A stretch of 63,925 nt of DNA, filler included. It is 6 parts of 6 records of this genome, joined end to end, with 100 filler letters (N's around TTAATTAATTAA, not from the genome) between each part and the next. Parts side by side here need not be neighbours in the genome. Positions count along the whole stretch, not along the records: positions 1 to 14,687 come from DRR378314_694; positions 14,788 to 20,330 come from DRR378314_696; positions 20,431 to 28,543 come from DRR378314_697; 3 more parts are not named here. One strand, given 5' to 3'. Below, one piece after another: positions 11,098 to 23,044 of the stretch. Each line of letters begins with the position of its first letter. The stretch's first letter is position 1. Below the pieces are notes generated by a model. The model was given only the letters and a program-made list of their open reading frames with translations. It did no database searches and was not told where the DNA came from. The translations under genes and the position numbers were made by a program.

Positions 11098-13326
11098 GTG
11101 CCCGAGGTTCAGCCGCTGTTCCAGCGTGTCGCAATCATCGGCCTCGGTCTGATAGGTGGTTCACTGGCCAGGGCGATTCGCGATAATGGCCTCGCCGTTA
11201 GCGTTGTGGGCGCCGACAAGCGCGCGGACGAATTGGCGCTTGGCAAGGAATTGGGTGTTATTGATGAGGCTGCGGGGTCCATCGCTGAGGCGGTGGCCGG
11301 CAGTGATCTGGTGGTGTTGGCGGTGCCGGTGAAGGCAACGCGGGCAGTGCTGGCTGAAATCAGACCCCACTTGGGCACGAACGCCGTGTTGACGGATGTC
11401 GGTAGCACCAAGACGAGCTTCGTTAACGATGTGCGAGAGGTGTTTGGCGAGCTACCAGCGAAGGTGATACCCGGTCATCCCATCGCGGGGTCTGAGAAAA
11501 GCGGCATCCGTGCGGCGAACCCTGAGTTGTTTGCCCATCACAAAGTGATACTCACGCCAGCGGAAAACGTTGCCCAGTCTGATCTGGAGAAGCTCAAGGC
11601 GTTGTGGGAAGGGTGTGACGCGACCGTGCTGACCATGTCCGTGGCGTATCACGACGAGGTGTTGGCGGCCACCAGCCATCTTCCTCACCTCATCGCTTTC
11701 TCGCTGGTGGACACCCTGGCCGGCGAGGACGAGAATCTGGACATTTTTCGCTATGCAGCGGGTGGTTTCCGGGATTTTACGCGCATCGCTGCCAGCGACC
11801 CGGTGATGTGGCACGATATTTTTCTGTCCAACCGGGATGCGGTGCTGCGGGTGATCGATCATTTTACCCACGATCTGGACCAGCTTCGTACCGCCATCGC
11901 CGACCAGGACAGTGCAACTCTGCTGCGGGTTTTCAGCCGCGCCAAAGCGGCGCGGGAACATTTTTCCAAGATGCTTTCAGGACAGGCTTACGTGACAAAC
12001 AACAGTCAGAAACAGGTAACGTTCCGTCTTCAACCCGGCGGCCGGATTTCCGGCGAGATACGCGTGCCGGGCGACAAGTCCATTTCACACCGTTCCATCA
12101 TGCTGGGAGCGCTTGCGGACGGCATCACCGAAGTGAAAGGTTTCCTTGAAGGGGAGGATAGTCTCGCGACGCTGCAGGCCTTCCGCGACATGGGTGTGAC
12201 TATCGAAGGGCCCGATGCAGGCTTTGTCCGCATTCATGGCGTCGGTATTCATGGTCTCCAGGCACCGCGCGGCCCCTTGTATCTGGGCAACTCCGGCACG
12301 GCTATGCGCCTGTTCGCGGGATTGCTGGCAGCGCAGCCATTTGACTCCGAACTCACTGGCGACGAGAGCCTGTCCAAGCGACCTATGGGGCGTGTGGCAG
12401 ACCCGTTGCGAGCTATGGGAGCGGTGATCGACACGGCCGAAGGTGGTCGCCCGCCGCTGAAAATCCGTGGCGGGCATGCATTGACCGGCATCCACTATGA
12501 GATGCCGGTGGCCAGTGCTCAGGTCAAATCCTGCCTACTGCTCGCTGGTCTTTATGCCGAGGGCGTGACTTCCGTTACCGAGCCCGCGCCCACCCGGGAT
12601 CACACTGAGCGCATGCTGGAAGGCTTTGGCTATCATGTCCATCGTGACACCGCTACGGCCAGCGTGGCCGGCGGTGGGCGCCTGGCTGCCACGGCCATTG
12701 ACGTGCCGGCGGATATTTCGTCATCTGCGTTTTTTCTGGTTGCGGCGAGCATCGCACCCGATTCCGATCTGACTATCCGTCACGTGGGCATGAACCCGAC
12801 GAGAGTCGGGGTGATCAACATCCTTCGGATGATGGGCGCCAATATCGAGGTTCTGGAAGAGCGGGTTATTGGTGGTGAGCCAGTCGCGGATCTGCGTGTT
12901 CGCTCCGCCGAGCTCAAGGGGATCGACATCCCCGAGGATCAGGTGCCCCTGGCCATTGACGAGTTCCCCGTGCTGTTCATCGCCGCGGTATGTGCGGAGG
13001 GTAGGACAGTACTGAGAGGCGCCGAGGAGCTTCGCGTCAAGGAAAGTGATCGCATTCAGGTGATGGCGGACGGCCTGACCGCCTTGGGCGTGGAAACAAC
13101 CGTCACGCCGGACGGCATTATTATTGATGGTGGCCAGGCCATGGCCGGCGGAACCGTTAACAGCCACGGCGATCACCGGATTGCCATGGCCTTCTCTGTG
13201 GCCTCGCTGCGCGCCACGGGAGACATTTCGGTGACCGATTGCGCCAACGTGTCCACCTCGTTCCCGGGTTTTGTGGAATTGGCGAAGCAGACCGGCATCA
13301 ATATCTCCGCCGAAGGGGCTGAATAA
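11098..13326 (+). CDS. aroA: Bifunctional prephenate dehydrogenase / EPSP synthase (TyrA-AroA fusion), GTG start
   Basis: N-terminal [21 protein letters not shown]-terminal [35 protein letters not shown]. Confidence 0.96.
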   Translation: MPEVQPLFQRVAIIGLGLIGGSLARAIRDNGLAVSVVGADKRADELALGKELGVIDEAAGSIAEAVAGSDLVVLAVPVKATRAVLAEIRPHLGTNAVLTDVGSTKTSFVNDVREVFGELPAKVIPGHPIAGSEKSGIRAANPELFAHHKVILTPAENVAQSDLEKLKALWEGCDATVLTMSVAYHDEVLAATSHLPHLIAFSLVDTLAGEDENLDIFRYAAGGFRDFTRIAASDPVMWHDIFLSNRDAVLRVIDHFTHDLDQLRTAIADQDSATLLRVFSRAKAAREHFSKMLSGQAYVTNNSQKQVTFRLQPGGRISGEIRVPGDKSISHRSIMLGALADGITEVKGFLEGEDSLATLQAFRDMGVTIEGPDAGFVRIHGVGIHGLQAPRGPLYLGNSGTAMRLFAGLLAAQPFDSELTGDESLSKRPMGRVADPLRAMGAVIDTAEGGRPPLKIRGGHALTGIHYEMPVASAQVKSCLLLAGLYAEGVTSVTEPAPTRDHTERMLEGFGYHVHRDTATASVAGGGRLAATAIDVPADISSSAFFLVAASIAPDSDLTIRHVGMNPTRVGVINILRMMGANIEVLEERVIGGEPVADLRVRSAELKGIDIPEDQVPLAIDEFPVLFIAAVCAEGRTVLRGAEELRVKESDRIQVMADGLTALGVETTVTPDGIIIDGGQAMAGGTVNSHGDHRIAMAFSVASLRATGDISVTDCANVSTSFPGFVELAKQTGINISAEGAE

Positions 13327-14006
13327 TGACAGAAGGCAAGGCGCCCGTAATCACTGTGGACGGCCCGGGTGGTTCTGGCAAAGGCACCATCACCCAGATG
13401 CTCGCCCGCCGGCTTGGATGGCACTTGCTGGACAGTGGTGCGCTTTATCGTCTCACGGCTCTGGCTGCGCAGAGGCAGGGCGTGTCCCTGGATGATGAGC
13501 CTGCGCTGGTCCAGGTGGCCGCCAACCTCGATGTCGCGTTTGAGCCCACCCCGCCAGGGGAGCCGGCAAAGGTGTTGATGGCCGGTGTCGACGTGACCGC
13601 GGATATACGTACAGAGACGTGTGGCGACAATGCCTCGAAGGTCGCTGTCATGCAGCCGGTGCGTGATGCACTGTTGCAGCGCCAGCGTGATTTTCAGAAG
13701 CCTCCCGGGCTGGTCGCGGACGGCCGCGACATGGGAACGGCCGTGTTTCCGGAGGCCCCGGTGAAAATCTTTCTGACGGCCAGCGCCGAAGAGCGTGCGC
13801 AAAGACGCTACAGCCAGTTGAAGGACGCCGGGGTCGATGTTAATATTGACGCCCTTTTAGAGGAGATACGGGTGCGCGATGAGCGGGATATGAACCGCGC
13901 CGCCGCCCCGCTCAAGCCTGCAGACGATGCGCAAGTCATTGATTCGACGGGGTTGAGTATAGAAGAGGTGCTAGTCAGGGTTATGGCCGCAGCAGGTCAG
14001 GCCTGA
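13326..14006 (+). CDS. cmk: Cytidylate kinase
   Basis: [28 protein letters not shown]. Confidence 0.98.
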   Translation: MTEGKAPVITVDGPGGSGKGTITQMLARRLGWHLLDSGALYRLTALAAQRQGVSLDDEPALVQVAANLDVAFEPTPPGEPAKVLMAGVDVTADIRTETCGDNASKVAVMQPVRDALLQRQRDFQKPPGLVADGRDMGTAVFPEAPVKIFLTASAEERAQRRYSQLKDAGVDVNIDALLEEIRVRDERDMNRAAAPLKPADDAQVIDSTGLSIEEVLVRVMAAAGQA

Positions 14007-14137
14007 CTACACCTTTTTGTTGTTGAAATTCCGGATTCGGCGTTATCGGCCAGCCACTGGCTGGATCCGGATTGAAACTAACAGACCGTGTTGCTGGTAG
14101 CACGGAGTAAACTTGCGTTGATCACATAGGACACATA

Positions 14138-14687
14138 ATGAGCGAGAGCTTTGCGGATCTTTTTGAAGAAAGCCTAAAAGAAATTGACATGCAGCCAGGT
14201 TCCATCGTCCAGGGAACCGTTGTAGACGTCGATAACGACTGGGTCACCGTTAACGCCGGACTGAAGTCCGAAGGCGTTATCCCCGCCTCCCAGTTCCTCA
14301 ATGAAAAAGGCGAGTTGGAAGTTGCTATCGGCGACGTTGTTGACGTAGCTCTCGACGCTGTGGAAGACGGCTTCGGCGAAACCCGTCTGTCCCGTGAGAA
14401 AGCCAAGCGCGCAGAAGCCTGGAAGGTACTCGAGAAGTCCTTCGAAGCTGAAGAAGTGGTTAAGGGTGTTATCAATGGCAAGGTCAAAGGTGGTTTCACC
14501 GTCGATCTGGCCGGCATCCGTGCCTTCCTGCCGGGCTCTCTGGTAGATGTTCGTCCGGTTCGTGACACAGCGCACCTGGAGAACAAGGAACTCGAATTCA
14601 AGGTTATCAAGCTCGACCAGAAGCGTAACAACGTGGTTGTTTCCCGCCGCGCCGTTCTGGAAGCTGAAAACAGTGCTGAGCGTGAAG
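14138..14687 (+). CDS. rpsA: 30S ribosomal protein S1, 3'-truncated by contig end
   Basis: [31 protein letters not shown]. Confidence 0.98.
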
Positions 14688-14787
14688 NNNNNNNNNNNNN
14701 NNNNNNNNNNNNNNNNNNNNNNNNNNNNNNNTTAATTAATTAANNNNNNNNNNNNNNNNNNNNNNNNNNNNNNNNNNNNNNNNNNNN
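14688..14787. other. Artificial contig-joining spacer (N44-TTAATTAATTAA-N44)
   Basis: Identical 100-nt spacer recurs five times; stops in all six frames; genes are truncated at both sides. Confidence 0.99.
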
Positions 14788-15116
14788 CTGGGATCAGAAG
14801 GACAAGTAGTATCAGCACGTCTCTGCATATGCTTGGGCAGGGCGCTTCGGCGCCTCTACAGTAACGTGGCCGACGTGTCATACGGAGCATTCGGCACTGC
14901 GTGGGCGAGAGAGTGCGGCGATCGCGGCGGGCAGAGCCTCTCATGCAGCACCGGTGCATGCGCATTTCCCGTCGCGTTCTTCAACCATGAAACTGCCCGC
15001 CTCTCAGTCCCCAAGGAAAATAAATCGGCCTAGAACACCTTCATCGCACACATATAAAAATATATTATTTCTGAGATAGGTCCGCAAGAAGGCCCCACTC
15101 GTTTGTTGAAGCGTAC
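14788..15116 (-). other. Putative spliceosomal intron 1 of the HAL-like gene (329 nt)
   Basis: Minus strand donor TTC G|GTACGC; contig ends at GCTGATACTACTTGTCCTTCTGATCCCAG (branch-like CTGAT, pyrimidine tract, CAG). Confidence 0.65.
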
Positions 15117-15321
15117 CGAATCCCGTGTTTACGCCGTACACCATCTCTCCCTCGTCGACGATCTTCTGCACGACTTCGCGTCCACGCGCGACCCGCTCAC
15201 GCGCTTCATCTGACAAAACAACCGGCATGCCCCGTCCAACGCGCAACAGGGATTCGATCGTCAACGAGGATCCATCGAGAACAACAACTTTGGAGGACGA
15301 ATCGCGCGCAGTGAGTGCCAT
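15117..15321 (-). CDS. Histidine ammonia-lyase (aromatic amino acid lyase family), eukaryotic exon 1
   Basis: VVLDGSSLTIESL..V...LSDEARERV..GREVVQKIV...VYGVNTGFG; similarity ends at a GT donor. Confidence 0.85.
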
Positions 15322-15980
15322 AGCAGATTCGCTTCGAATGGGAGAGGTAATATGCAGAGGAGGAACTGGGCTGTGCAGCGTTCGAGCACGGACAGCGAGG
15401 AGGTGAACACGAGCAAATTCAAGCTTCGCACGGCGGGGAGCGAATCGGGTGCGAATGCAGCCGTCAGGCCTACCACCGTCTGTTCGGAAAGTAGGGCTCC
15501 TGCTGATTCTCCCGCGCAGCAGCAGCAACAAGAGCGAATAGCTCCCGCATATCTTGCAGCGAAAATACCACTCTGATCCATGCACCTTGTGTGAAAACGT
15601 GGGCGCGCGCTCACTGTTCGACTGAAAGCGCCCTGCCCGCTGCCGCTCGAGCGAGCCAGCACGCGCGTTCGTGCCTCGGCGCGCGCGCCGTAGCTCGACG
15701 ACTTCCTTTTGCTTTGCGTTGCTTTGCGTTGCTTTCTTTTGTTTTGCTTTGTTTCTCTATCCCCCTCTACTTCTTCACTCAACCGGCGAATTTGTCGTTT
15801 GTTAGGGTGTTAATCCTGCTTCATTTTTGCGGGGGTGCCCTGTCCTCATTTTTCGACCTGTGGTGTATCCCGGAAGCGCGCCGTGCTTCGTACGAAAGAC
15901 GCAAAGCGGCAAGGGCTGCCTCTTCCAACGTGGAGCAGGCTGCGAAACACGTGCCCGTGCGCACGGCTTCGCAGGAAGCA

Positions 15981-18290
15981 ATGGTCGTGTCCACAGGACG
16001 TGGAACAGCTGAAAGTCCCGAATCGCAAATCGGGAGTAATTCGCAGCAATGTGCACACACAACGGATGTCGACGATCCGGTTGAAGAGGTATGGTGGGAG
16101 GAGACAGGCGCTGCTGCTCTCGCGATACCGATGGCGAGTTGTCCATGCCGCGCCGAGCTCCGTGTCCGACGTTGCTTCCTGTGGTTTCTCCTTCGGAGTA
16201 TGTGTCTGCTGTGCTTGTTGCTTTGTCTGGAGGCGGCTTTCTCTGACAGTTGGGCTGGGCGTCTCGTGCTTTCAATTTTTTCCTGTATTATAGCTTTTGG
16301 AAGAAAACCAGGCCCTTCTTTTCCAGGCTTTCGCATTGAAAGCGGCTTCGAAGCACCAAGAGTCTGCACAGTACGTTTCGCCAGCTCGAAAGGGCGGGCA
16401 GCGAGCGCACACAAGCTTGGGAGCAGACATTTCCTTTCTCGCATCCGCTTTCCGCGCCAAACCACGCACTCGTTGCCTGAACAAGGCTGTTTACAATTGC
16501 TACTTGGATTGGAGTATAATGCAGTGAGCGCTTGGACATAGCCCACCTTCTCCGCGCTGCGACCGTCACGCCTCGGCCGTGAATCCGTACGCCACATTTC
16601 TGTGCTGGTTGCGCTGCCAGCGCTGCTGTACATGACCCTCCGGCAGCTGTCCTCACGCGAAAAGCGACGATCTTTTGCGCATTCGGGGCACTCTCTCGTG
16701 CTCGCTGGAATTAGATATATGGACATGCTACATCACAATCTTCGTGTACTACAGGCGCTGTACCAGCTACAGCGGTCATCTCCTGAAGTTGGCGAGCTCT
16801 TTTCGTCGAGTGATGATCCAAGCCGATCGCTTGCAATGAGTGGAAGGGCGAACTTGCCGCCAAGCTCGTCTGCGGGAATGCCGCATACGCGCAGTGTCCC
16901 ACAGTACGACGACAATCCACCTTCCACCCCGCAACTCGAGGTATGTGTTACAAAGGTGCCTTTTGGGCCGAAAGAACAGCCGAGCTATGCCATTTTGTCA
17001 TGGTGGCTGGTCATGTTGCTCGTCAGCGGTGGCCTTCGCCTGGCTAACACAGGTCCTCCGCACCGCTCCATTATGCGTATCGCCTACTGTTTCGCCTTGC
17101 AACGGAAAAGAAATCCTCGGAAGCGGATGCATACGATGTGGCTGCTTCTTCAATGCAATGGACAGCCGACGAACAGCGGCGCTTCGTGCGATCGTTGGAG
17201 CTCGTGGGCCCTGCAGGTGCGTAGAATGGATTTGCCCTGTTCGTCTGCTCCCTGTGCGCTGGCGGTTCCATACAGCCGCTGTTGACTCACACTCGCGATA
17301 ACCAGGTTGTCAGCTTCAGCTCTACTGTAAAAAAAAAGAATCATGCAACGCACCGCTGCGTTACATTTGGTTTTCTCAAATTTTCCCAAGCGCTCTGGCT
17401 AGTATTGTGAAGATGGCTGCCCGTGTGATTCTATAGTTTGGCATACCGAGCGTCTGAACGAATTGGTGTTTCAGCGCGCGTTCTGTGTCTGCGCGAGCAC
17501 TCGAGGGTGCCATACTACGTGCCTCGTCACTGGGTTCGTTTGGCGCTCACTGTACAAGATGTATCATGGGGAGGCTGAATTAAATCTTGCGTTTACATTT
17601 TGTATGTGTCTGCGGGGGTGCTGTGCAGATCTTGATGGGCTGGCGTTCATGATGGGCAAGCCAGTTCCACAGATTCGGGCGCTCCTTGCACGCTACCACG
17701 GACGCATTCAGCGTGCCTTCCGCCACGTCGAAGCGTCGTGGCCGCGAGAAAGGACGGCGCCGGAGACCTTTCCCGAAATTCGTGTTTTGTCGGATCGCGA
17801 CACCAAGCCAGGAATTAGCCGGTCGTATGCACCCGATCCTCAGGTTGGAGGAGCGACGAGCCGGGATAGCACCGGTTGCGTCGATGTGCCCAAGCACGTG
17901 CGGTCAGGTAATCAGGCGGTGCACGACGATGTAGAAGCGCCATCAGTCAAAGGGGAAAAGCCGTCCAGCTCTGCGCCTGATCGTGCGACAATTTCATCAG
18001 TGCAGAGCGGTGCACAGGTACGCGCTGTGCGCGCATCTTCGTACTTTCCAACGGGTAGTGCTGCGCCTTCGAGGGCAGTTGGCAACCGCGAAGGCAGCGT
18101 CTTCGCTTGCAAGTCGAAAGGGTCTCAGCGCGAAGTTATCGGACTAATATCGCATTTCGGATCTGCTCGAACCACAACACCGTGCATTCCCGAGAGGCGC
18201 CATAGTGAAGCGTCAACACCAAACGTGGGCGGGGTCGTACATCATTTGGACGAACGCGAAATCGAGGGTGACATCGATGTGCTAGGCTGA
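15981..18290 (+). CDS. Spliced eukaryotic gene (exons 15981-16088, 16294-16370, 16715-16940, 17111-17216, 17629-18290; 392 aa): SSXT (SS18/GIF)-like N-terminal domain plus SANT/Myb-like domain
   Basis: GT..AG introns with consistent phases (0,2,0,1). Spliced peptides are VEELLEENQALLFQAFALKAASKHQESAQYMDMLHHNLRVL and WTADEQRRFVRSLELVGPADLDGLAFMMGKPVPQIRALLARY. The exon 4 acceptor (AAG at 17108-17110) is the least certain. Confidence 0.72.
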
Positions 18291-19514
18291 TCCAAGCTTC
18301 CTTTGTTTTCTCCTTGACAAAGCGCGAAACAGCTCAAAATGCATGTGTATGCGTTAGTGCTCGCCGCACGGGGCATAGTGTGTGTAGATGCACCACCTTT
18401 GCTCGGTGGGTGGTTTTTACCAAGCTGGAATGGCAAAAAAGAGCAGCGTGTGCGAACATTATTTTTTCTTTTCTGCTTTTCCTCCGCGCACTAGTTCGTC
18501 CGAGGCACTGGCGGGAGCGGCGAGCGAGGCACAAGCTCTATCAACTGCGAAGGCTGGGGCATCCTGCTCCTATCAACCGCACAGCAACGCAGTGCAAGAT
18601 AAGGCTTGTAGTTAAGTTCCTTGCTCTAACAATTTGCAAGATGAGGCGTGCATTTTACTTCCTTGACCTTACTATTTTTGTAGGGGGAGTTGCTGGTTCC
18701 GCTGGGTGTGCAAATGCGAAAACGGATTCCGTACTTCGCTTGCATCTGACTTTGGCCTTCACAACACATGCGCGGGGAATCGTCGGCGATGGCCTTGGTA
18801 TATTTCCGTCACATGGATTGTTAGTTCACATAAGTGTAATACATCGATGAGCGTCGGGTGTTGTCATCAATGCCACAATCAATGCCACGGGCACAAATAG
18901 TGGCTAACCAACAAGCGCACATGTGCGCGTCCTCGGGAGTGCTAGCGCTCCGCATCTAGCCCATTTCCTACAAGATACAGCACGTAGTCGACTTCCCCTT
19001 TCGTGGCTGCGGCGCCGGCTGCAAGATCGCACAATAACATAGCAGAAATAATATATATTTATATGAATACTTTGGGGGAGTCCAGTACCACGATGTTCTC
19101 CCCCATGGTCGAGCGCCAAGGACAGCTTGCTTGCAAACGTGCCCACTGTTGGGGGAGGACGTGCTGTTCACCCCGCAAACCCCCTCCCACGGGCTTGGCG
19201 GCGACTTTGAGAGCGTGTAGTGCCAATTATACGAGTATCATATTATGATAATCTTCGTGTTTCTGTTGTGTAAGAGCCTAATCTGACGAAACGGAGTCCC
19301 GGGTGCACTATGCTCTCAGCACACGGCACAGCAGGCTTTCTCTTCTACGATTGGGTGGAACACTAGAGGATAGAGAAGCAAATCGCTTCGTGTGAAAGGA
19401 ATCTACGCCGGTTGATCACAGGGTAAAGCCAAATGCACTATATTTCAAAGTAGTGGTCGGATGGTTTGCCCATGATAACCTGTAAAATGTGAAGAGCTTT
19501 GCGACAGGAGGTAC

Positions 19515-20330
19515 CTACATTAAGCGCATCAGCTGCGTGCTTTGCAGAGAGCGGCTCAATCGTTGCGAGTTCATCACTTGGCAACCTATCCAGCAACACC
19601 AGCCCACAGCCGTATTTCGTACCAATACTGAACTGGAAAGCTCATTATATTGTGATAAGTAATATTTGATTGAGTACTTCTGATGGGATGAATGAAGACT
19701 TTCGGAAACCCTGGCCCATGTTTGACGTACCGGAGCAGAACGTGCTGCAACTCCATCGGCGGCAACACCCTGGTTCTCTAGCCTAGATGATGCACGAGGA
19801 GCTTCGTCGTTGTTCACGGAAGGGGCGACGGAGGAAGAGTTTGGTGAAGATTTGTTCGACGCAGCAGGTGCATTGCTTTGGGAACTTTCGTCCGCAGGAG
19901 AAGATGGCGCCTGGGCCGCACCGGTCGGCGGTGCCTCCGATTGGGCTGCTGGGACTCCATGCGAATCGCGCTGCCCATTGGTCGCTTGGCCTTGCGCGTC
20001 TTCTCCCGAGTCGTTTCCCGCTTCACTTGCAAGCGAATCATTGCCATTTCCGGTTGCAAGTAATTCTTCCTTTCCATTGGCTGTTGCGGCAAGCGACAGG
20101 TCATCTGCATCACCTGAGGGCGGAGCAATTGCCTCGTCCTCGGTTTGTTTCGCAGCGGAATCGTCGGTGCTCGCTTGCTCGTCCCTGCCCTCTTGAGCAA
20201 TCGCCTCGTTCGCCTCGCCTGAGACTTCGCCGCTCTCCTCCGCGGGCTCTTCCTCCGCAGGCTCTTCCTCCACAGGCTCTTCCTCCGCGGGTTCTTCCTC
20301 CGCAGGCTCTTCCTCTGCAGGCTCTTCCTC
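19515..20330 (-). CDS. Acidic low-complexity eukaryotic protein with (EEEPA)n repeat, 5'-partial; 3' part probably spliced
   Basis: Open frame rich in E/A/S/Q; repeat differences mostly synonymous; candidate donor CCG|GTACGT near 19730; boundaries uncertain. Confidence 0.55.
   Translation of the reverse strand, partial: EEEPAEEEPAEEEPAEEEPVEEEPAEEEPAEESGEVSGEANEAIAQEGRDEQASTDDSAAKQTEDEAIAPPSGDADDLSLAATANGKEELLATGNGNDSLASEAGNDSGEDAQGQATNGQRDSHGVPAAQSEAPPTGAAQAPSSPADESSQSNAPAASNKSSPNSSSVAPSVNNDEAPRASSRLENQGVAADGVAARSAPVRQTWARVSESLHSSHQKYSIKYYLSQYNELSSSVLVRNTAVGWCCWIGCQVMNSQRLSRSLQSTQLMRLM
20241..20330 (-). repeat. 15-nt coding tandem repeat, at least 6 copies (GAG GAA GAG CCT GCG = EEEPA), running into the contig end
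   Basis: Units at 20241, 20256, 20271, 20286, 20301 and 20316. Confidence 0.92.
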
Positions 20331-20430
20331 NNNNNNNNNNNNNNNNNNNNNNNNNNNNNNNNNNNNNNNNNNNNTTAATTAATTAANNNNNNNNNNNNNN
20401 NNNNNNNNNNNNNNNNNNNNNNNNNNNNNN
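20331..20430. other. Artificial contig-joining spacer
   Basis: N44-TTAATTAATTAA-N44. Confidence 0.99.
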
Positions 20431-20519
20431 ATGAATTTGTCGTGGGCTATGGCATCGATTATGCACAGCGCAACCGCAACCTGCCATTTATCGGCAAGGT
20501 TCGGTTTATCGAAGATTAG
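20431..20519 (+). CDS. hpt: Hypoxanthine phosphoribosyltransferase, C-terminal fragment (absent from the ORF track)
   Basis: Frame from 20433 reads EFVVGYGIDYAQRNRNLPFIGKVRFIED*. Confidence 0.9.
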
Positions 20520-20687
20520 GACGGATGAATTTGCGCCACTTCCTTCGCATGTCGCAATGGGCGCGAAACCCGCCGTCAGAACATCGGGTGAAACTGGTAT
20601 TTGGCACGATACTGATCTGTCTGGCGATTGCTGGTATTGAGTACATGGGATGGTGGCCCGATTGGGCAGAAAGCCACCCCAGAAAAC

Positions 20688-21833
20688 CTAAGCCCTAAGC
20701 GTTTGTTCGATCGCAGCCAGAAAAATCTCGGTCCCGATCGGGATCAGGGCATCAGGAAAATCGTAATCTGGATTGTGCAGCTGAGGGTGATCCCGCCCTG
20801 CACCCAGCCAGAACATGGCAGTTTTTGCACTTTTGCCGAACTGCCCGAAATCTTCCGAAAACCTTTGTGGGGTCGGAACCAATTTGCAAGGTAAGTCGCG
20901 GGCCCGGCAGGCCTCGGACACGACCTGCACGGCTTCAGCGGAGTTTGTACAGGCCTCGAATATGTCGTCATACGTGATTTCGACATTCAGGCCCTGAGCC
21001 TTTGCGCCTGCACTTACAAGCTGTTCGGCCTCGTGGATCAGGCCGGTCATGCGTGTATCCGAGACCGTGCGCAAGGTCACCCAAAGCTCGGCCATACCGG
21101 GTGCCACACCAAAGGTGGCTTCGCCCAAACGCGCATGGGTTACTGTTGTTAGCGCAAAATCCGTATCCAGCGCCCCGCCTCGCCCAAGTGCCGCCAACGC
21201 AGGCATAAGCTCTGCCAATGCACCGGCGGGTGACACACCATCCTGAGGGGCCGCCGCGTGAGAGGTTTTGCCCGTCAATACAACCCGCATCCCACGCGAT
21301 GCACAGTTGGCCGGGCCCGAACACACCTCAACCGCGCCCAATTCCAACCCCGGCAGATTGTGCAGCGAAAACACATAATCCGGCGCAATATTCGCGAACT
21401 TGGGATCCGCGCGATAGGCCATGGCACCCTGGCCTGTTTCTTCGGCGGGTTGAAAGATTAGAACGACGCGTCCGTTGAGCGGACGTTTGTCCCCAAGAAC
21501 AAAGGCCACGCCAAGCACCATCGCCATATGGCCATCGTGCCCGCATAGATGACCTTTGCCGGGATATTGCGACGCGTATCTGGCGCTTGAGATTTCTTGG
21601 ATTGGCAAACCATCCAACTCGCATCGGATACCAACGGTAGGTCCGGGTTGGCCACTGTCGTAAATCGCCGCAACACCATGACCGCCAATTCCGGTCAGAA
21701 CCGCATCGGGACCACATGCTTGTAAAAGGTTAGATATGCTTGCTGCAGTCCCGCGCTCTTTTCCCGAAATCTCGGGTACCTGATGCAGCTCGTGCCGTTT
21801 TTCGGTCAGCCAAGACTGCAGCTCGGGTTTCAT
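20688..21833 (-). CDS. M20D-family amidohydrolase (hippurate hydrolase-like)
   Basis: [43 protein letters not shown]; 4-nt overlap with lipA. Confidence 0.9.
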   Translation of the reverse strand: MKPELQSWLTEKRHELHQVPEISGKERGTAASISNLLQACGPDAVLTGIGGHGVAAIYDSGQPGPTVGIRCELDGLPIQEISSARYASQYPGKGHLCGHDGHMAMVLGVAFVLGDKRPLNGRVVLIFQPAEETGQGAMAYRADPKFANIAPDYVFSLHNLPGLELGAVEVCSGPANCASRGMRVVLTGKTSHAAAPQDGVSPAGALAELMPALAALGRGGALDTDFALTTVTHARLGEATFGVAPGMAELWVTLRTVSDTRMTGLIHEAEQLVSAGAKAQGLNVEITYDDIFEACTNSAEAVQVVSEACRARDLPCKLVPTPQRFSEDFGQFGKSAKTAMFWLGAGRDHPQLHNPDYDFPDALIPIGTEIFLAAIEQTLRA

Positions 21834-22780
21834 ACCTGATTTAGCTTCTTTTGCCGGGCCTCGCGCAAGCGGGCAAAGTCATCACCCGCGTGGTATGACG
21901 AGCGGGTCAATGGCGTTGCTGAGACCATCAGGAAGCCTTTGCCAAAGGCTGCTTTTTCATAGGCCGCGAATTCTTCAGGGGTGACAAAACGATCGATGCC
22001 ATGGTGTTTAGGCGTCGGCTGCAGGTACTGACCGATGGTCAGAAAATCGATATCCGCCGCGCGCATGTCGTCCATGACCTGCCGGACCTGCGTTTCATCT
22101 TCACCCAACCCGACCATGATGCCGGATTTAGTGAATATCGACGGATCCATCTCTTTGACCCGCTGCAGTAGACGCAACGAATGGAAGTACCGCGCACCAG
22201 GGCGAACCTGGGTATAAAGACCGGGCACCGTTTCGAGATTGTGATTGAAGACATCGGGCTTGGCTTCAACAACAGCCTCAAGAACCGAAGGATCGCATTT
22301 CAAGAAATCAGGCGTCAGAATCTCGATCGTGGTTTTGGGCGACCGATGCCGTACTGCGCGGATGGTCTGTGCAAAATGATCTGCCCCACCATCCAACAGA
22401 TCATCCCGATCAACCGACGTAATAACGACATGGTTCAAACCCAGCTTTTGCACTGCATGAGCCACGCGCCCCGGTTCAAACGCATCCAGAGTATCCGGCT
22501 TACCCGTCGCGATGTTGCAGAAGGTACAACCGCGCGTACAGATTTCACCCATGATCATCATGGTTGCGTGGCCCTGGCTCCAGCATTCGCCCACATTGGG
22601 GCATCCGGCCTCTTCGCAGACAGTGACCAGATTGTTGTCGCGCATGATTTTGTGGGTTTCTGCATACCCTTTGCCACCCGGGGCTTTGACCCGAATCCAA
22701 CTGGGTTTGCGCGGGGCGGCATTGTCAGGTCGATGTGCCTTTTCGGGATGTCTTTGTTCGGGAATTTTCAGATCACGCAC
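21830..22780 (-). CDS. lipA: Lipoyl synthase (GTG start)
   Basis: [12 protein letters not shown] and CTRGCTFC cluster motifs; RSSYHA. Confidence 0.98.
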   Translation of the reverse strand: MRDLKIPEQRHPEKAHRPDNAAPRKPSWIRVKAPGGKGYAETHKIMRDNNLVTVCEEAGCPNVGECWSQGHATMMIMGEICTRGCTFCNIATGKPDTLDAFEPGRVAHAVQKLGLNHVVITSVDRDDLLDGGADHFAQTIRAVRHRSPKTTIEILTPDFLKCDPSVLEAVVEAKPDVFNHNLETVPGLYTQVRPGARYFHSLRLLQRVKEMDPSIFTKSGIMVGLGEDETQVRQVMDDMRAADIDFLTIGQYLQPTPKHHGIDRFVTPEEFAAYEKAAFGKGFLMVSATPLTRSSYHAGDDFARLREARQKKLNQV

Positions 22781-23044
22781 AGCTGGTTTTCCTGACTTTG
22801 GGTCAACTCGTTTAGCACCTAACATAAACTGACTTTATTGGTTAGGCCAGCGGTGCATAGCCGCTATGCGGCTCGACTTTGCGCCTGCAGCATAAGCGAT
22901 AAAACAGTCAGATATTATTCCACCTTTTCAATAGGATTAACCGCGGAAAAGATATATCGCAATCGCAGCGTATCTCTTATTGAAGCCGGTCTGGAATCGT
23001 TCTAACTCTCGCATCAATCACATGTGAATCACAGGAGTTTGATG

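Noticed and set aside
11098..13326. TyrA-AroA fusion as a novelty
   Set aside because: Well known in the serC-pheA-hisC-tyrA/aroA-cmk-rpsA supraoperon of Pseudomonas, Marinobacter and relatives
15261..19248. Unspliced ORF-track predictions in contig 2 (e.g. 15591-16541, 15821-16726, 16602-17285, 18314-18850)
   Set aside because: They read through introns or UTRs and lack protein-like composition; the spliced model explains the conserved segments
22925..22970. OxyR-binding site upstream of the peroxiredoxin
   Set aside because: An ATAG...CAAT pattern is present but does not fit the ATAG-N7-CTAT-N7-ATAG-N7-CTAT spacing well enough to call
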